A DNA stretch of 64,000 bases from a virus (taxonomy: Duplodnaviria > Caudoviricetes): the IMG/VR virus record IMGVR_UViG_3300032093_000005. One strand, given 5' to 3'. The notes under the pieces are model-generated. The model was given only the letters and a program-made list of their open reading frames with translations, was not told the origin of the DNA and ran no database searches. Positions 22,302-30,736 of this stretch are shown piece by piece (the stretch's first letter is position 1; every line of letters starts with the position of its first letter). A program made the translations under genes and the position numbers.

Positions 22302-25300
22302 TTATTTATCCGTAAGTTTTTGTTCAAGGTTTTCAACCTTCGCAGAAAGTTCCTTGATTGCTTCAACAAGAAGTGGAACGACCTTATGATAATCAACTGC
22401 CAAGTAACCATTATCTCTTGTTACAACCGCCTCAGGAAGAACTTCAAGAACTTCTTGTGCGATTACTCCAACATCATTTCCTTCCTTGCCAGACTTTTCA
22501 TTCCAAGTATAAGTATTACCACTAATGGAAAGAACTTTTGCAAGAGGATCATCAATTGGAGTAATATTATCTTTTAGTCTCTGGTCAGAGGTATAAAATG
22601 CAGTAATATCACCAGTTACATTTAAATCGGAATTGATTTGAGTTGTTGTATTAATTGCTACCTTTGATCCAGATACTGCACTTAATTTAAGATCTCCAGA
22701 TGATGTGTCAATTGTATTATCATCAGTTTGTGCTAATTTAATATTTCCAAGTTGAACAGTAGAACAATTTAATGTGCCATTAATATAAACATTTTTACCA
22801 ATTCCTACTCCACCAGAAATAATTAAATCCCCAGTTGTTGAAGAAGTAGACTCTGCTCCTTGTGTCAGTCTGACTGTATTATTAAATGTTGTTTGTGATT
22901 TTGCTCTAATTTCTTTATTAAATGTTACGGGACCATCAAACTGAGAAAGAACTTGTCCAGATGCACCACCTTCTACAAGTAATCTCTCTTTAATTGTAAC
23001 TTCATCAAATACGGCACTTAAACGATTAGGATTTTCACCAGTAACTGTTGGTTTTGGAATATCATAAGAAACAACCTCTCCACTTGCTGCAGATGTTTTG
23101 GTATTTCCATTATAAAAATCTCCAGAATTGTTCATTCCAGTATATACAACAATACCACCAGAACGTTCCTGAGAGTTCGCTAAAAAGTTTTCTTGATCAT
23201 TTAGTGTTTTAACCTGAACTTGTGGCAATCCAGTCGAATAGTTACCTGGACCATATCCAAGATATTCAAAGGTGTGCCCTGACGCACGAAGAATAGAAGG
23301 TCTTCTGAACTCAATTGCAATTGGATTAATTCTACGAATCAACGAGTTGACATCATGATTTTCTTGAACTGTTCCAAGAGATCCACGAATTACAGTTGCA
23401 GAAGTATCATTACCACTGCTGGTAATTCTCATAATTTCATTATCAATTTGAATATAACATCCAAGTGGCAATCTTTGTGCTGTTCCAATACCAGTATGAC
23501 TAATATTAATTGTGCTTCCTGTTGTTAACTCAGATGTTAAAATAAATGTTTGATTATCATAAAAAGAGACATTACGTGTTCCAAAATTTTCTCCATTTTC
23601 ATCAGAAATTGCATTATTTGAAGAAAGTCCATGTTTTAAAACATATCCATTTGTTGCCGAAATTGAAGAGTTTGTAAGTGCTGTAAATGTCGTTACACTT
23701 TCTCTCTTATCGACAATGTAATCTCCTATATTATTATTATTAGAATCAATTACACGGAAACGATTTCCAGAAAGAAGACCATGAGCATCGTAAGTTGTAA
23801 ATGTTGTAATACCTGCTGAGGAGTTGTATGCTGTCCCGCTAATTCTAATTGATGAGTTAACGACAAAAGCGTATTGTCCAGTTTGTATTGTTGGATCTCC
23901 AACAGTTTTAGCGATTGCAATTGATGTTGAAGATCCAATAGAAGTAATTCGATAATAACCATCTGTTACTGTTCCTGCACCGGTGATTTGAACAACGTCA
24001 CCAATGTTTGTAGAAATTCCTGATGTTGAGACTGTGTAAAGAGCACCACTTCCAGCACCAATTTTACTTTGATCAAAATATAGAGATCCAGCAGTATAAC
24101 CAGATCCAGGTGCCATAATTTCAACAGAAGTTACAATTCCACTACTCACAATTACTTTTGAAGTTGCACCACTCCATGAACCTGTTTGAGATCCATTAAG
24201 AAGTTTAACATTATAATATGTTCCATTTGTATAAGATGTTCCACCATTTGAAATTGAACCAGTTACAATTCCTGAAAGACCATGAAATCTTGCAAAAGTT
24301 AATGTTGCAATTCCAGAACTTGATTCAACAGAAGAAATTGTAAGAGCAACTCCAACATTTTTAAGAGAGAGATCTGTTGTTTCACGTGTAATACTTTTCT
24401 TTAGATCATTTGTCTCAACCGCACCAATTGGAGCACGTTTTGCAAATGTTTTTGCTGCTTGAGGGTTATCATTTACATTATCTCTATCTAATTGAGGATA
24501 TAAATCGACAGGTAATTGTCCATACTTAAGATTTGTAAAAAGATTTGCACTAATTGCATTACTTGAGTTTAAAACATATAAGTGATAAATTCCATCTTGT
24601 TGATTGAAAATATATGGAGAAATAATTTCATTTCTGTAAACAAATAAATTACTTTGCCAATCATTCCTTTCAAATCTTGGTAGATTTTGATCTCTAGTTG
24701 ATGTTGTATCTGTAAATGTTCCAGCAGATTGTGTTACGCCCGTAATTGTATTTGTTGTTGTATATCTAAAGGTATATGCATCAATAATATTAGATACAAT
24801 GAATCTACCATTGTATCCAGAATCAAATCTTCCCGTAGAATTTGTTGAACTTTTAACATTTCTAATTGTTACTACTTCACCAACTTGAACATTATGTGGA
24901 AGTTCAGTTAATACCGTAACTACATTTGAACTTTCTGAACAAGATGCAATCAATCTTGGATTTTTTAAATATGCATAATCAGTGCTTGCAATGCTAGTTC
25001 TTGTAAAATCAGTGTCAGTTCTAACACCTGTAGTGCTGGATTCTTGAAGAATAAATCCCGTTTCTGGATCTTTTGCGTTTGCAAATTCTTTTGGAATAAC
25101 AACTCTCAACTTATAAATTTTTTCGTCTAAACTTCTTTCATCAGAAATACGCTTCACATAAGCAAGATCTGTTGTTGGACCAAAAGTTATCGTTCCACCA
25201 ATACTCAATGCATTATAAATTTCATTGTTTTGATTAACGTGAATAAACCAGTTATTATTTTGACTATCAAATTGAATAGGTGATCCAAGTTCTCCAGATT

Positions 25301-27512
25301 CCCTGTCAGAAACTCTACTTAAAATGTGAAGATTTGTACCACCTACAACTTGAATTGGTTTGTTTTGAAGAGCATTTGTATACGATGCTGCAAGTTTTAC
25401 TGTATTATTATCTCCAGGATTAATTGCATAGTAAATTTGATGAGGATCAATATTTTCTGGCAAATCTCCATCATCACTTATGATTATGATCTTTTCACCC
25501 GTTAACAGATTGTTAGATCCAATTGTAAATGATGTCGTAAATCCAGTTGGAGGTGTAGTGGTTGCATCATAAAATTTAACAGAACTTGTTGTTCCTAATG
25601 CAGTTGTAAGTCCAGAAGAACTAATTGCATTATTACACATGTAAATATTTGCTTCACTAGTTCCAGTTCCCAAAGGAACGTATAACTTATCATTTAATTT
25701 TGCACCGATTCGATATCCTTGTGTAAGAGATGATGGGGCAACATTAATTGAGTTAAATCCAAAAAGATAAAGGTGACTTGAGATACCAACTTGAGTTGTA
25801 AGTCCTACGTTTAAAGATAACCACTCAATGTTATCTTCAACAGAAGAAACTGATCTTGGTGTGACTATAGAGGTAATAAAAGCTTTATTATCCTTATCAA
25901 ATGCTTCTTTTTTAAATCCAGAAGAATTTAATGAAATTTGACCAAAGTTTGAGTTTGAGTTTGTAATTGATGCATCACCACCAGTTTCTGCATCAAAATG
26001 CTTATTAAATCCAATTGCAAATACAGAAACAATTTGAATGAAAGCATCATTTGTAATTTTAATATGACTTGTTTCCCATCCTTGACGATAGATAGCGTCT
26101 GGATCTAAATGATAAACTCTATTTGTATCTGTTTGAGATGCTCCATTTGGAAGATCTCCACCAGAAACAGTAGTGTAATCAATTTTTTCATAAGATCTAG
26201 AAGATTTATTATATTTTGCAAAGGCACGATCATCCTTTTGAAGAGATACTGCAGTAAATTGTGCAACAACGGTGCTTCTAAATCCTGATGCTTTGCTACC
26301 ATCAGCATGAAGACCATTCATACCCCAGACAGAGCGTAATGAACAGTTAAAAATGTAAGGGGATGCGCCAGATACAGTATCAGTCTCAACTGTTACTGTC
26401 GCTCCGGCAGCACTTGGACTTGGAATTGTAGGAACTGTTGAAAGAAGGTAAGTAAATGATGTTGAACTTAAAACAGATTGAACAGTTGTTGAAACATTAT
26501 AAACCCCTACACCAACTCCTTTAACTTTAATTGGAGTACCTACGTTTAAACCATGCTCTGTTGTGGTTGTAACTGTAACACGTGCGTCTGCAACACTGCC
26601 ATTACCAGAAAATATTGAAGCAATTGTAATTGGATCTGAAGCAAAAGCACCGACAATTTGAAACTCTGGATCTCTCTTTGCAAAACCAAGAGGATTCGTT
26701 GGATATTTATCTTCTGCTTTAATTTCACGATATGCATTATAAGCATTTGAGACTTTGCTATAATACATATCAAGATCGGTGAGACCTGTTGCAGTTCCAC
26801 CAGCACCACCAATAGGCAATGTAATATTATTTACACCATCACAAAATTCAAAACAAGTTACTTTATGGTGTGAAAAATTAGGTGTTGAGCGATAGATTGA
26901 TGAAAAATCATCTGGATTTGTATATACCGTGCTACTTGCATCTGCATCAAAAATAGAAAATTGCCAAAAATAACAAGCACCAGTAATTCTAAAAATTGCA
27001 GATTTAGATACAGTATCATCTGTTGGATTTGGAACATATTTTGGACGAATTTTGGTCTTTCTTAAATCAAGACCAACAATAGAAGTTCCTCTTGGAACAA
27101 CAACACCACCATACCAACTATTAAACTTATAAAGAATATTATCTTCTTGTGCAAGATCAAAGTTTGAATTTAATCCAAGTGAAAAAACATTTGTAGCAGT
27201 ATCTTGACCACCAGATCGATTGACTGCTTTTGCTCCACTGTTATTATAAACTGCATATCCAGGTCTATTATCAATTAAATGCTCACCGGGAAATAGTAAA
27301 ATTGTGGTTTTTTCTACTAAATCATTATTATCTCCAGCAATATATGAGAATCTTGCCGCTTCTAATAATGCTCTTTGTATTGTTTTGAAAGGGCGAGCAA
27401 GAGAATTACCTTGATTCTCAATACTATCAGTTGAATCAAGATCATTTGGATTGACGTAAAGAATACGACCTTCTGTATTCTTGATAAAATTGTCAAGTTT
27501 ATTCAGACCCAT
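22302..27512 (-). CDS. Large virion structural/tail fibre protein with C-terminal S74 intramolecular chaperone
   Basis: 1736 aa; ILYVNPND...PFKTIQRALLEAAR N-terminus typical of cyanomyovirus virion proteins; C-terminal TSDQRLKDNI...GVIAQEV...VDY. Confidence 0.85.
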   Translation of the reverse strand: MGLNKLDNFIKNTEGRILYVNPNDLDSTDSIENQGNSLARPFKTIQRALLEAARFSYIAGDNNDLVEKTTILLFPGEHLIDNRPGYAVYNNSGAKAVNRSGGQDTATNVFSLGLNSNFDLAQEDNILYKFNSWYGGVVVPRGTSIVGLDLRKTKIRPKYVPNPTDDTVSKSAIFRITGACYFWQFSIFDADASSTVYTNPDDFSSIYRSTPNFSHHKVTCFEFCDGVNNITLPIGGAGGTATGLTDLDMYYSKVSNAYNAYREIKAEDKYPTNPLGFAKRDPEFQIVGAFASDPITIASIFSGNGSVADARVTVTTTTEHGLNVGTPIKVKGVGVGVYNVSTTVQSVLSSTSFTYLLSTVPTIPSPSAAGATVTVETDTVSGASPYIFNCSLRSVWGMNGLHADGSKASGFRSTVVAQFTAVSLQKDDRAFAKYNKSSRSYEKIDYTTVSGGDLPNGASQTDTNRVYHLDPDAIYRQGWETSHIKITNDAFIQIVSVFAIGFNKHFDAETGGDASITNSNSNFGQISLNSSGFKKEAFDKDNKAFITSIVTPRSVSSVEDNIEWLSLNVGLTTQVGISSHLYLFGFNSINVAPSSLTQGYRIGAKLNDKLYVPLGTGTSEANIYMCNNAISSSGLTTALGTTSSVKFYDATTTPPTGFTTSFTIGSNNLLTGEKIIIISDDGDLPENIDPHQIYYAINPGDNNTVKLAASYTNALQNKPIQVVGGTNLHILSRVSDRESGELGSPIQFDSQNNNWFIHVNQNNEIYNALSIGGTITFGPTTDLAYVKRISDERSLDEKIYKLRVVIPKEFANAKDPETGFILQESSTTGVRTDTDFTRTSIASTDYAYLKNPRLIASCSESSNVVTVLTELPHNVQVGEVVTIRNVKSSTNSTGRFDSGYNGRFIVSNIIDAYTFRYTTTNTITGVTQSAGTFTDTTSTRDQNLPRFERNDWQSNLFVYRNEIISPYIFNQQDGIYHLYVLNSSNAISANLFTNLKYGQLPVDLYPQLDRDNVNDNPQAAKTFAKRAPIGAVETNDLKKSITRETTDLSLKNVGVALTISSVESSSGIATLTFARFHGLSGIVTGSISNGGTSYTNGTYYNVKLLNGSQTGSWSGATSKVIVSSGIVTSVEIMAPGSGYTAGSLYFDQSKIGAGSGALYTVSTSGISTNIGDVVQITGAGTVTDGYYRITSIGSSTSIAIAKTVGDPTIQTGQYAFVVNSSIRISGTAYNSSAGITTFTTYDAHGLLSGNRFRVIDSNNNNIGDYIVDKRESVTTFTALTNSSISATNGYVLKHGLSSNNAISDENGENFGTRNVSFYDNQTFILTSELTTGSTINISHTGIGTAQRLPLGCYIQIDNEIMRITSSGNDTSATVIRGSLGTVQENHDVNSLIRRINPIAIEFRRPSILRASGHTFEYLGYGPGNYSTGLPQVQVKTLNDQENFLANSQERSGGIVVYTGMNNSGDFYNGNTKTSAASGEVVSYDIPKPTVTGENPNRLSAVFDEVTIKERLLVEGGASGQVLSQFDGPVTFNKEIRAKSQTTFNNTVRLTQGAESTSSTTGDLIISGGVGIGKNVYINGTLNCSTVQLGNIKLAQTDDNTIDTSSGDLKLSAVSGSKVAINTTTQINSDLNVTGDITAFYTSDQRLKDNITPIDDPLAKVLSISGNTYTWNEKSGKEGNDVGVIAQEVLEVLPEAVVTRDNGYLAVDYHKVVPLLVEAIKELSAKVENLEQKLTDK

Positions 27513-27544
27513 TTTTATTGATTTTAACTCTTATTATCTTCTAT

Positions 27545-27850
27545 TTAGTTAGTCAAATCTTCCTCATCATACTCATATTCTATCTCTTCTGGCATATCTT
27601 CAGGATTTTCTAACTCAACTGGAAAGAGACAGGGGTGTGCCTCCTCATCAATCAAGTAGAAAGAACTTCTATATAAATCGTCTGGTTCAAATGTGCGATT
27701 CTTATCTGCTTCTCTGCACAAATCTTGATCGTATAAGTGTCCCTCTGGCAACTCATCGAAGGTAAATGGAACAGAGTTGATAAAATACATCTTCACAATC
27801 ATACTGCCGTCATTGTACCAGCAGTATGCAGAATCTATACGATAAGACAT
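27545..27850 (-). CDS. Conserved cyanophage hypothetical protein
   Basis: MSYRIDSAYCWY...KMYFIN.VPFTFDELP; start moved to the internal Met because the longer ORF overlaps tRNA-Leu. Confidence 0.6.
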   Translation of the reverse strand: MSYRIDSAYCWYNDGSMIVKMYFINSVPFTFDELPEGHLYDQDLCREADKNRTFEPDDLYRSSFYLIDEEAHPCLFPVELENPEDMPEEIEYEYDEEDLTN

Positions 27851-27883
27851 AGGGGTTTTCCCATATCTTATATTTATTTTTAG

Positions 27884-28165
27884 TAGGAGCGGCGAGACTT
27901 GAACTCGCATAGCCGAAGCCGACGGATTTTCTTACCACTACGACTTTCGCCGCCTCATAGAGTTTGTGGTCTGGACTATACCTTCACCATATCTTGTGAT
28001 TTAGGTGCTCCCCGTCTAGTCTCTACACCTTCATCTTTCGATGCTTGGCTCGGTATTGCCATTTTACAGGTTTCACCGAATTTGAGGAGTTACACTCATG
28101 AGGTTTCCCAAATGAGGCTCAATTTTACATAAGTCCGTTGTGTCTACCAATTCCACCACGCTCCC
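27884..28165 (-). tRNA. trnL: tRNA-Leu(UAA), intron-containing
   Basis: 5' exon GGGAGCG...ACGGACTT (28165-28131) joined to 3' exon AAAATCCGT...GTTCAAGT...CGCTCCTA (27930-27884) gives a type II cloverleaf with anticodon loop CTTAAAA. Confidence 0.92.
27931..28130 (-). ncRNA. Group I self-splicing intron (200 nt, no ORF)
   Basis: P1 GGACUU/GAGCC with U-G at the splice site, P7 GACUA/UAGUC, core GAAGGTGTAGAGACTAGACGG, GAAA-capped P9, terminal G. Confidence 0.9.
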
Positions 28166-28178
28166 GTGATGTGAGACC

Positions 28179-28207
28179 ATTATAACTCAAAGAGTTGTAG
28201 TGGTCAA
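28179..28207 (-). promoter_or_regulatory. Sigma70-type promoter for tRNA-Leu
   Basis: TTGACC (28202-28207) - 17 nt - TATAAT (28179-28184). Confidence 0.7.
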
Positions 28208-28208
28208 G

Positions 28209-28282
28209 TGCAGGTTGTGGGGATCGAACCCACCTTAGCCGAATTATGAGTTCGGTGCTTTCAACCAGAGAGCTAAACCTGC
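28209..28282 (-). tRNA. tRNA with CAU anticodon (elongator Met or lysidine-type Ile2)
   Basis: GCAGGTT acceptor stem, CCGAA-CTCATAA-TTCGG anticodon arm, GTTCGAT T-loop; lacks initiator features. Confidence 0.85.
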
Positions 28283-28286
28283 ACGA

Positions 28287-28358
28287 TGGGAACAGCGGGA
28301 GTTGAACCCGCGCTAAGCACTTATAAGGTGCCCGCTCTAACCATTAAGCTATGCTCCC
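28287..28358 (-). tRNA. trnI: tRNA-Ile(UAU)
   Basis: GGGAGCA/TGTTCCC acceptor, GCAC-CTTATAA-GTGC anticodon arm, GTTCAAC T-loop. Confidence 0.85.
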
Positions 28359-28375
28359 ATAAAAAACTCAGAGTA

Positions 28376-28549
28376 TCACTGAGCTTCGTTGTTTAATTCA
28401 GTGTGTATTCGTATCAGATCGTCGTCTGCGGGCATCATTACTGCTGCCTTTCCATTCTCATCCACAATACCTAAAGTTTCTCCATTTTCAACTCGTCCCA
28501 TCAGTTCATCAAACCTCTCTTGAAACTCTTCCACTGTGAAAATTTCCAT
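28376..28549 (-). CDS. Phd/YefM antitoxin-like small protein (57 aa)
   Basis: Hand translation: MEIFTVEEFQERFDELMGRVENGETLGIVDENGKAAVMMPA... Confidence 0.55.
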   Translation of the reverse strand: MEIFTVEEFQERFDELMGRVENGETLGIVDENGKAAVMMPADDDLIRIHTELNNEAQ

Positions 28550-28571
28550 TTCCGATATTTATATTATAGCA

Positions 28572-28772
28572 TCACTCGCCATAAACTGCAAGGTCTGCGT
28601 ATTCAATTTGATCGGGTTCAAGATTAGCAGTGACAACTTCAAGGACGTTCATAAACTCTTGAACAGTATCACATTCTACCAGACGCTCGTTGCCTTGATC
28701 ACTCAGGAGCAAGAAGGTACGACTGCATACATCAATTACAATGCCCTGTACGGTCTCTTGTGCAGTGCTCAT
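28572..28772 (-). CDS. Conserved cyanophage hypothetical protein
   Basis: GIVIDVCSRTFLLLSDQG...VECDT..EFMNVL. Confidence 0.55.
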   Translation of the reverse strand: MSTAQETVQGIVIDVCSRTFLLLSDQGNERLVECDTVQEFMNVLEVVTANLEPDQIEYADLAVYGE

Positions 28773-28797
28773 GGGGTGTTCCGTTGATTACCCCCAT

Positions 28798-28826
28798 ATT
28801 ATAGGGGGTCTTGGTGCTGGTGTCAA
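28798..28826 (-). promoter_or_regulatory. Sigma70-type early promoter
   Basis: TTGACA (28821-28826) - 17 nt - TATAAT (28798-28803). Confidence 0.85.
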
Positions 28827-28833
28827 GAGGTCT

Positions 28834-29511
28834 TTAAGAGTAATTTTTAATTACACCAATGGACCCAACGATTCTTGTGTTTTCTTCTTGAAGATCTTTA
28901 ATTGTAAAATTCTGCCCATATCTCTCAAACTCATATTCTCTTCTTTCAGTTTTAATTTGATTTGAGCTAGTAATTAAACTTGTTAGTTCACTTCTTAAAG
29001 ATACAATTTGCGATTGCTTTGATGTTATAGATGATGCGTGTGAGACGCAAACTGAAGATGTACAAGGTATTCTGTAACAAGAAGACAAGTTACCATATAA
29101 ACTTCCGATTCCAGACTGTGTAGAATCATTTTGTGTGTAAACTAACCACGTACCTATACCTACATTTGATGTGACCAAAAATGTGCTAGTACTATCAAAA
29201 GGATCTTCACCGTTATAAGTTGGTGAGGACATATTTTCACTATAAACTCTTACAACATCAGGAAAAACAGTTGAAACGCCAACAGTTGTTCCACACCCAA
29301 CAGCATATGCATTTTGTGAAAGAGATACTATTTCCGTTTGAAGAACAACTATTGATGCTGCAATAGAAACTATCTTTTTATCAATGTTTGTACAAGGGGG
29401 TGAAAATGATTCGATGCTTTCTTGCGATTCTCCTTTACTCTCATTGAGGAAAGAGATTGCATCCGTATTTGCAGATAATTTTTCACTTAATATTTCACTT
29501 AGAAATTTCAT
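28834..29511 (-). CDS. Hypothetical virion-associated protein
   Basis: 225 aa with coiled-coil segments, in the baseplate/tail operon. Confidence 0.5.
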   Translation of the reverse strand: MKFLSEILSEKLSANTDAISFLNESKGESQESIESFSPPCTNIDKKIVSIAASIVVLQTEIVSLSQNAYAVGCGTTVGVSTVFPDVVRVYSENMSSPTYNGEDPFDSTSTFLVTSNVGIGTWLVYTQNDSTQSGIGSLYGNLSSCYRIPCTSSVCVSHASSITSKQSQIVSLRSELTSLITSSNQIKTERREYEFERYGQNFTIKDLQEENTRIVGSIGVIKNYS

Positions 29512-30169
29512 TTATTTTCTCCTTCAGTTCTTCAATTTGTTTTTGTTGTTCTTTAATTGCTTCAATTAAAAGACCGACAATGTTTCCATATTGGACACCT
29601 TTGTATCCATCAGGATTTTCTCCAACAACTTCTGGTATGATTTGTTCAACTTCTTGTGCAATAACTCCAATTTGTGGTTGTTTAGTTTCTTTAAAGTCAA
29701 AAGATACTCCACGAAGAGCAGAAACTTTATCTAGTGCATTTTCAATTGTATGAACATTTTCTTTGAGTCGTATGTCGGAAGTTGGGAGTTTCTTACCTAA
29801 TGCAAGTTCTGCTTCTAGATCCTTACCATTAATTCTAACCTTTCCAAAAAAATTAGTTCTACCAATAACGGTTAATCTTCCAGATATGTAACTTAGTCCA
29901 AATAGATAAACTCCAGAAAAATTCAGAATTTTTCCCCTAGTTCCTATAATATTTGGAGGTGCTTTTAAATTAAATGGATTTTTAAGCATCCATAAATTTC
30001 CACAAACAGCTTGCTCACCAAGAATTAAAGAATTACTTTGTCCTATTAACTGCCCAGTGACTTTTACATTTTGATTAAAAGTGCTATTATCGTGATAAAA
30101 TTTTTCTTTACCTTTTTCAGGAAGAGTTGGAAATCCAATTAAACTGAATAAAGTATTTACTACTGACAT
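29495..30169 (-). CDS. Tail spike/fibre-associated protein with S74 chaperone domain
   Basis: TSDIRLKENVHTIENALDKVSALRGVSF...GVIAQEVE...VQYGNIVGLLIEAIKE. Confidence 0.75.
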   Translation of the reverse strand: MSVVNTLFSLIGFPTLPEKGKEKFYHDNSTFNQNVKVTGQLIGQSNSLILGEQAVCGNLWMLKNPFNLKAPPNIIGTRGKILNFSGVYLFGLSYISGRLTVIGRTNFFGKVRINGKDLEAELALGKKLPTSDIRLKENVHTIENALDKVSALRGVSFDFKETKQPQIGVIAQEVEQIIPEVVGENPDGYKGVQYGNIVGLLIEAIKEQQKQIEELKEKINEISK

Positions 30170-30735
30170 TAACCTACTCCTACAATTGCTTTAATTGCGC
30201 CAATTACATTTAATCCACCAACAAACACATCAGTAATATATTCATTTCCTACAGGTGAGAGTGAGAATGCTCTCTTTCCAAAAGAGTCAAGAATAGCATT
30301 ACCAGTCAGTGCTACTTGATCTATTTTGTTTGCTTTCATAATAATGCGACCAGATCCTGATATTGCATTAATATTTCTACCCGCTTTTAAATCTAAATCT
30401 TCTACTGCCTCAATCATAATAGTTTTTCCTTTGATCTTCACTGTACCATTACTCATTGCAGTGATACAAATATCTCCACCCATTCCAGTGAGACAAATAT
30501 CAACATTTCCCTCAGATCCTGTATTTCCAGCGACGATTTCAATTCCTTTATCATTTAAAATCTTATAAGACCCTGTTTCAGTAAAAGTCTGCAAATGAAC
30601 ATCATTATCATTTGTATAAGCATACATGTGATAAACAGATGTTCCATCCATTCCCATTAAGGGATCATTTGTAGTAATTCTAAATTTTGGTCCTACACTA
30701 ATATAATCTCTTGCTTCGTAATTTCTATGAGTCAT
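30169..30735 (-). CDS. gp5 C-terminal-like spike protein
   Basis: Beta-helix-like repeats; directly downstream of the gp5 N-terminal gene. Confidence 0.5.
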   Translation of the reverse strand: MTHRNYEARDYISVGPKFRITTNDPLMGMDGTSVYHMYAYTNDNDVHLQTFTETGSYKILNDKGIEIVAGNTGSEGNVDICLTGMGGDICITAMSNGTVKIKGKTIMIEAVEDLDLKAGRNINAISGSGRIIMKANKIDQVALTGNAILDSFGKRAFSLSPVGNEYITDVFVGGLNVIGAIKAIVGVG

Positions 30736-30736
30736 T

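Noticed and set aside
27899-28132. 77-aa plus-strand ORF, and the 5' extension of ORF 27545-27910
   Set aside because: Both overlap tRNA-Leu and its intron; the intron has no endonuclease ORF.
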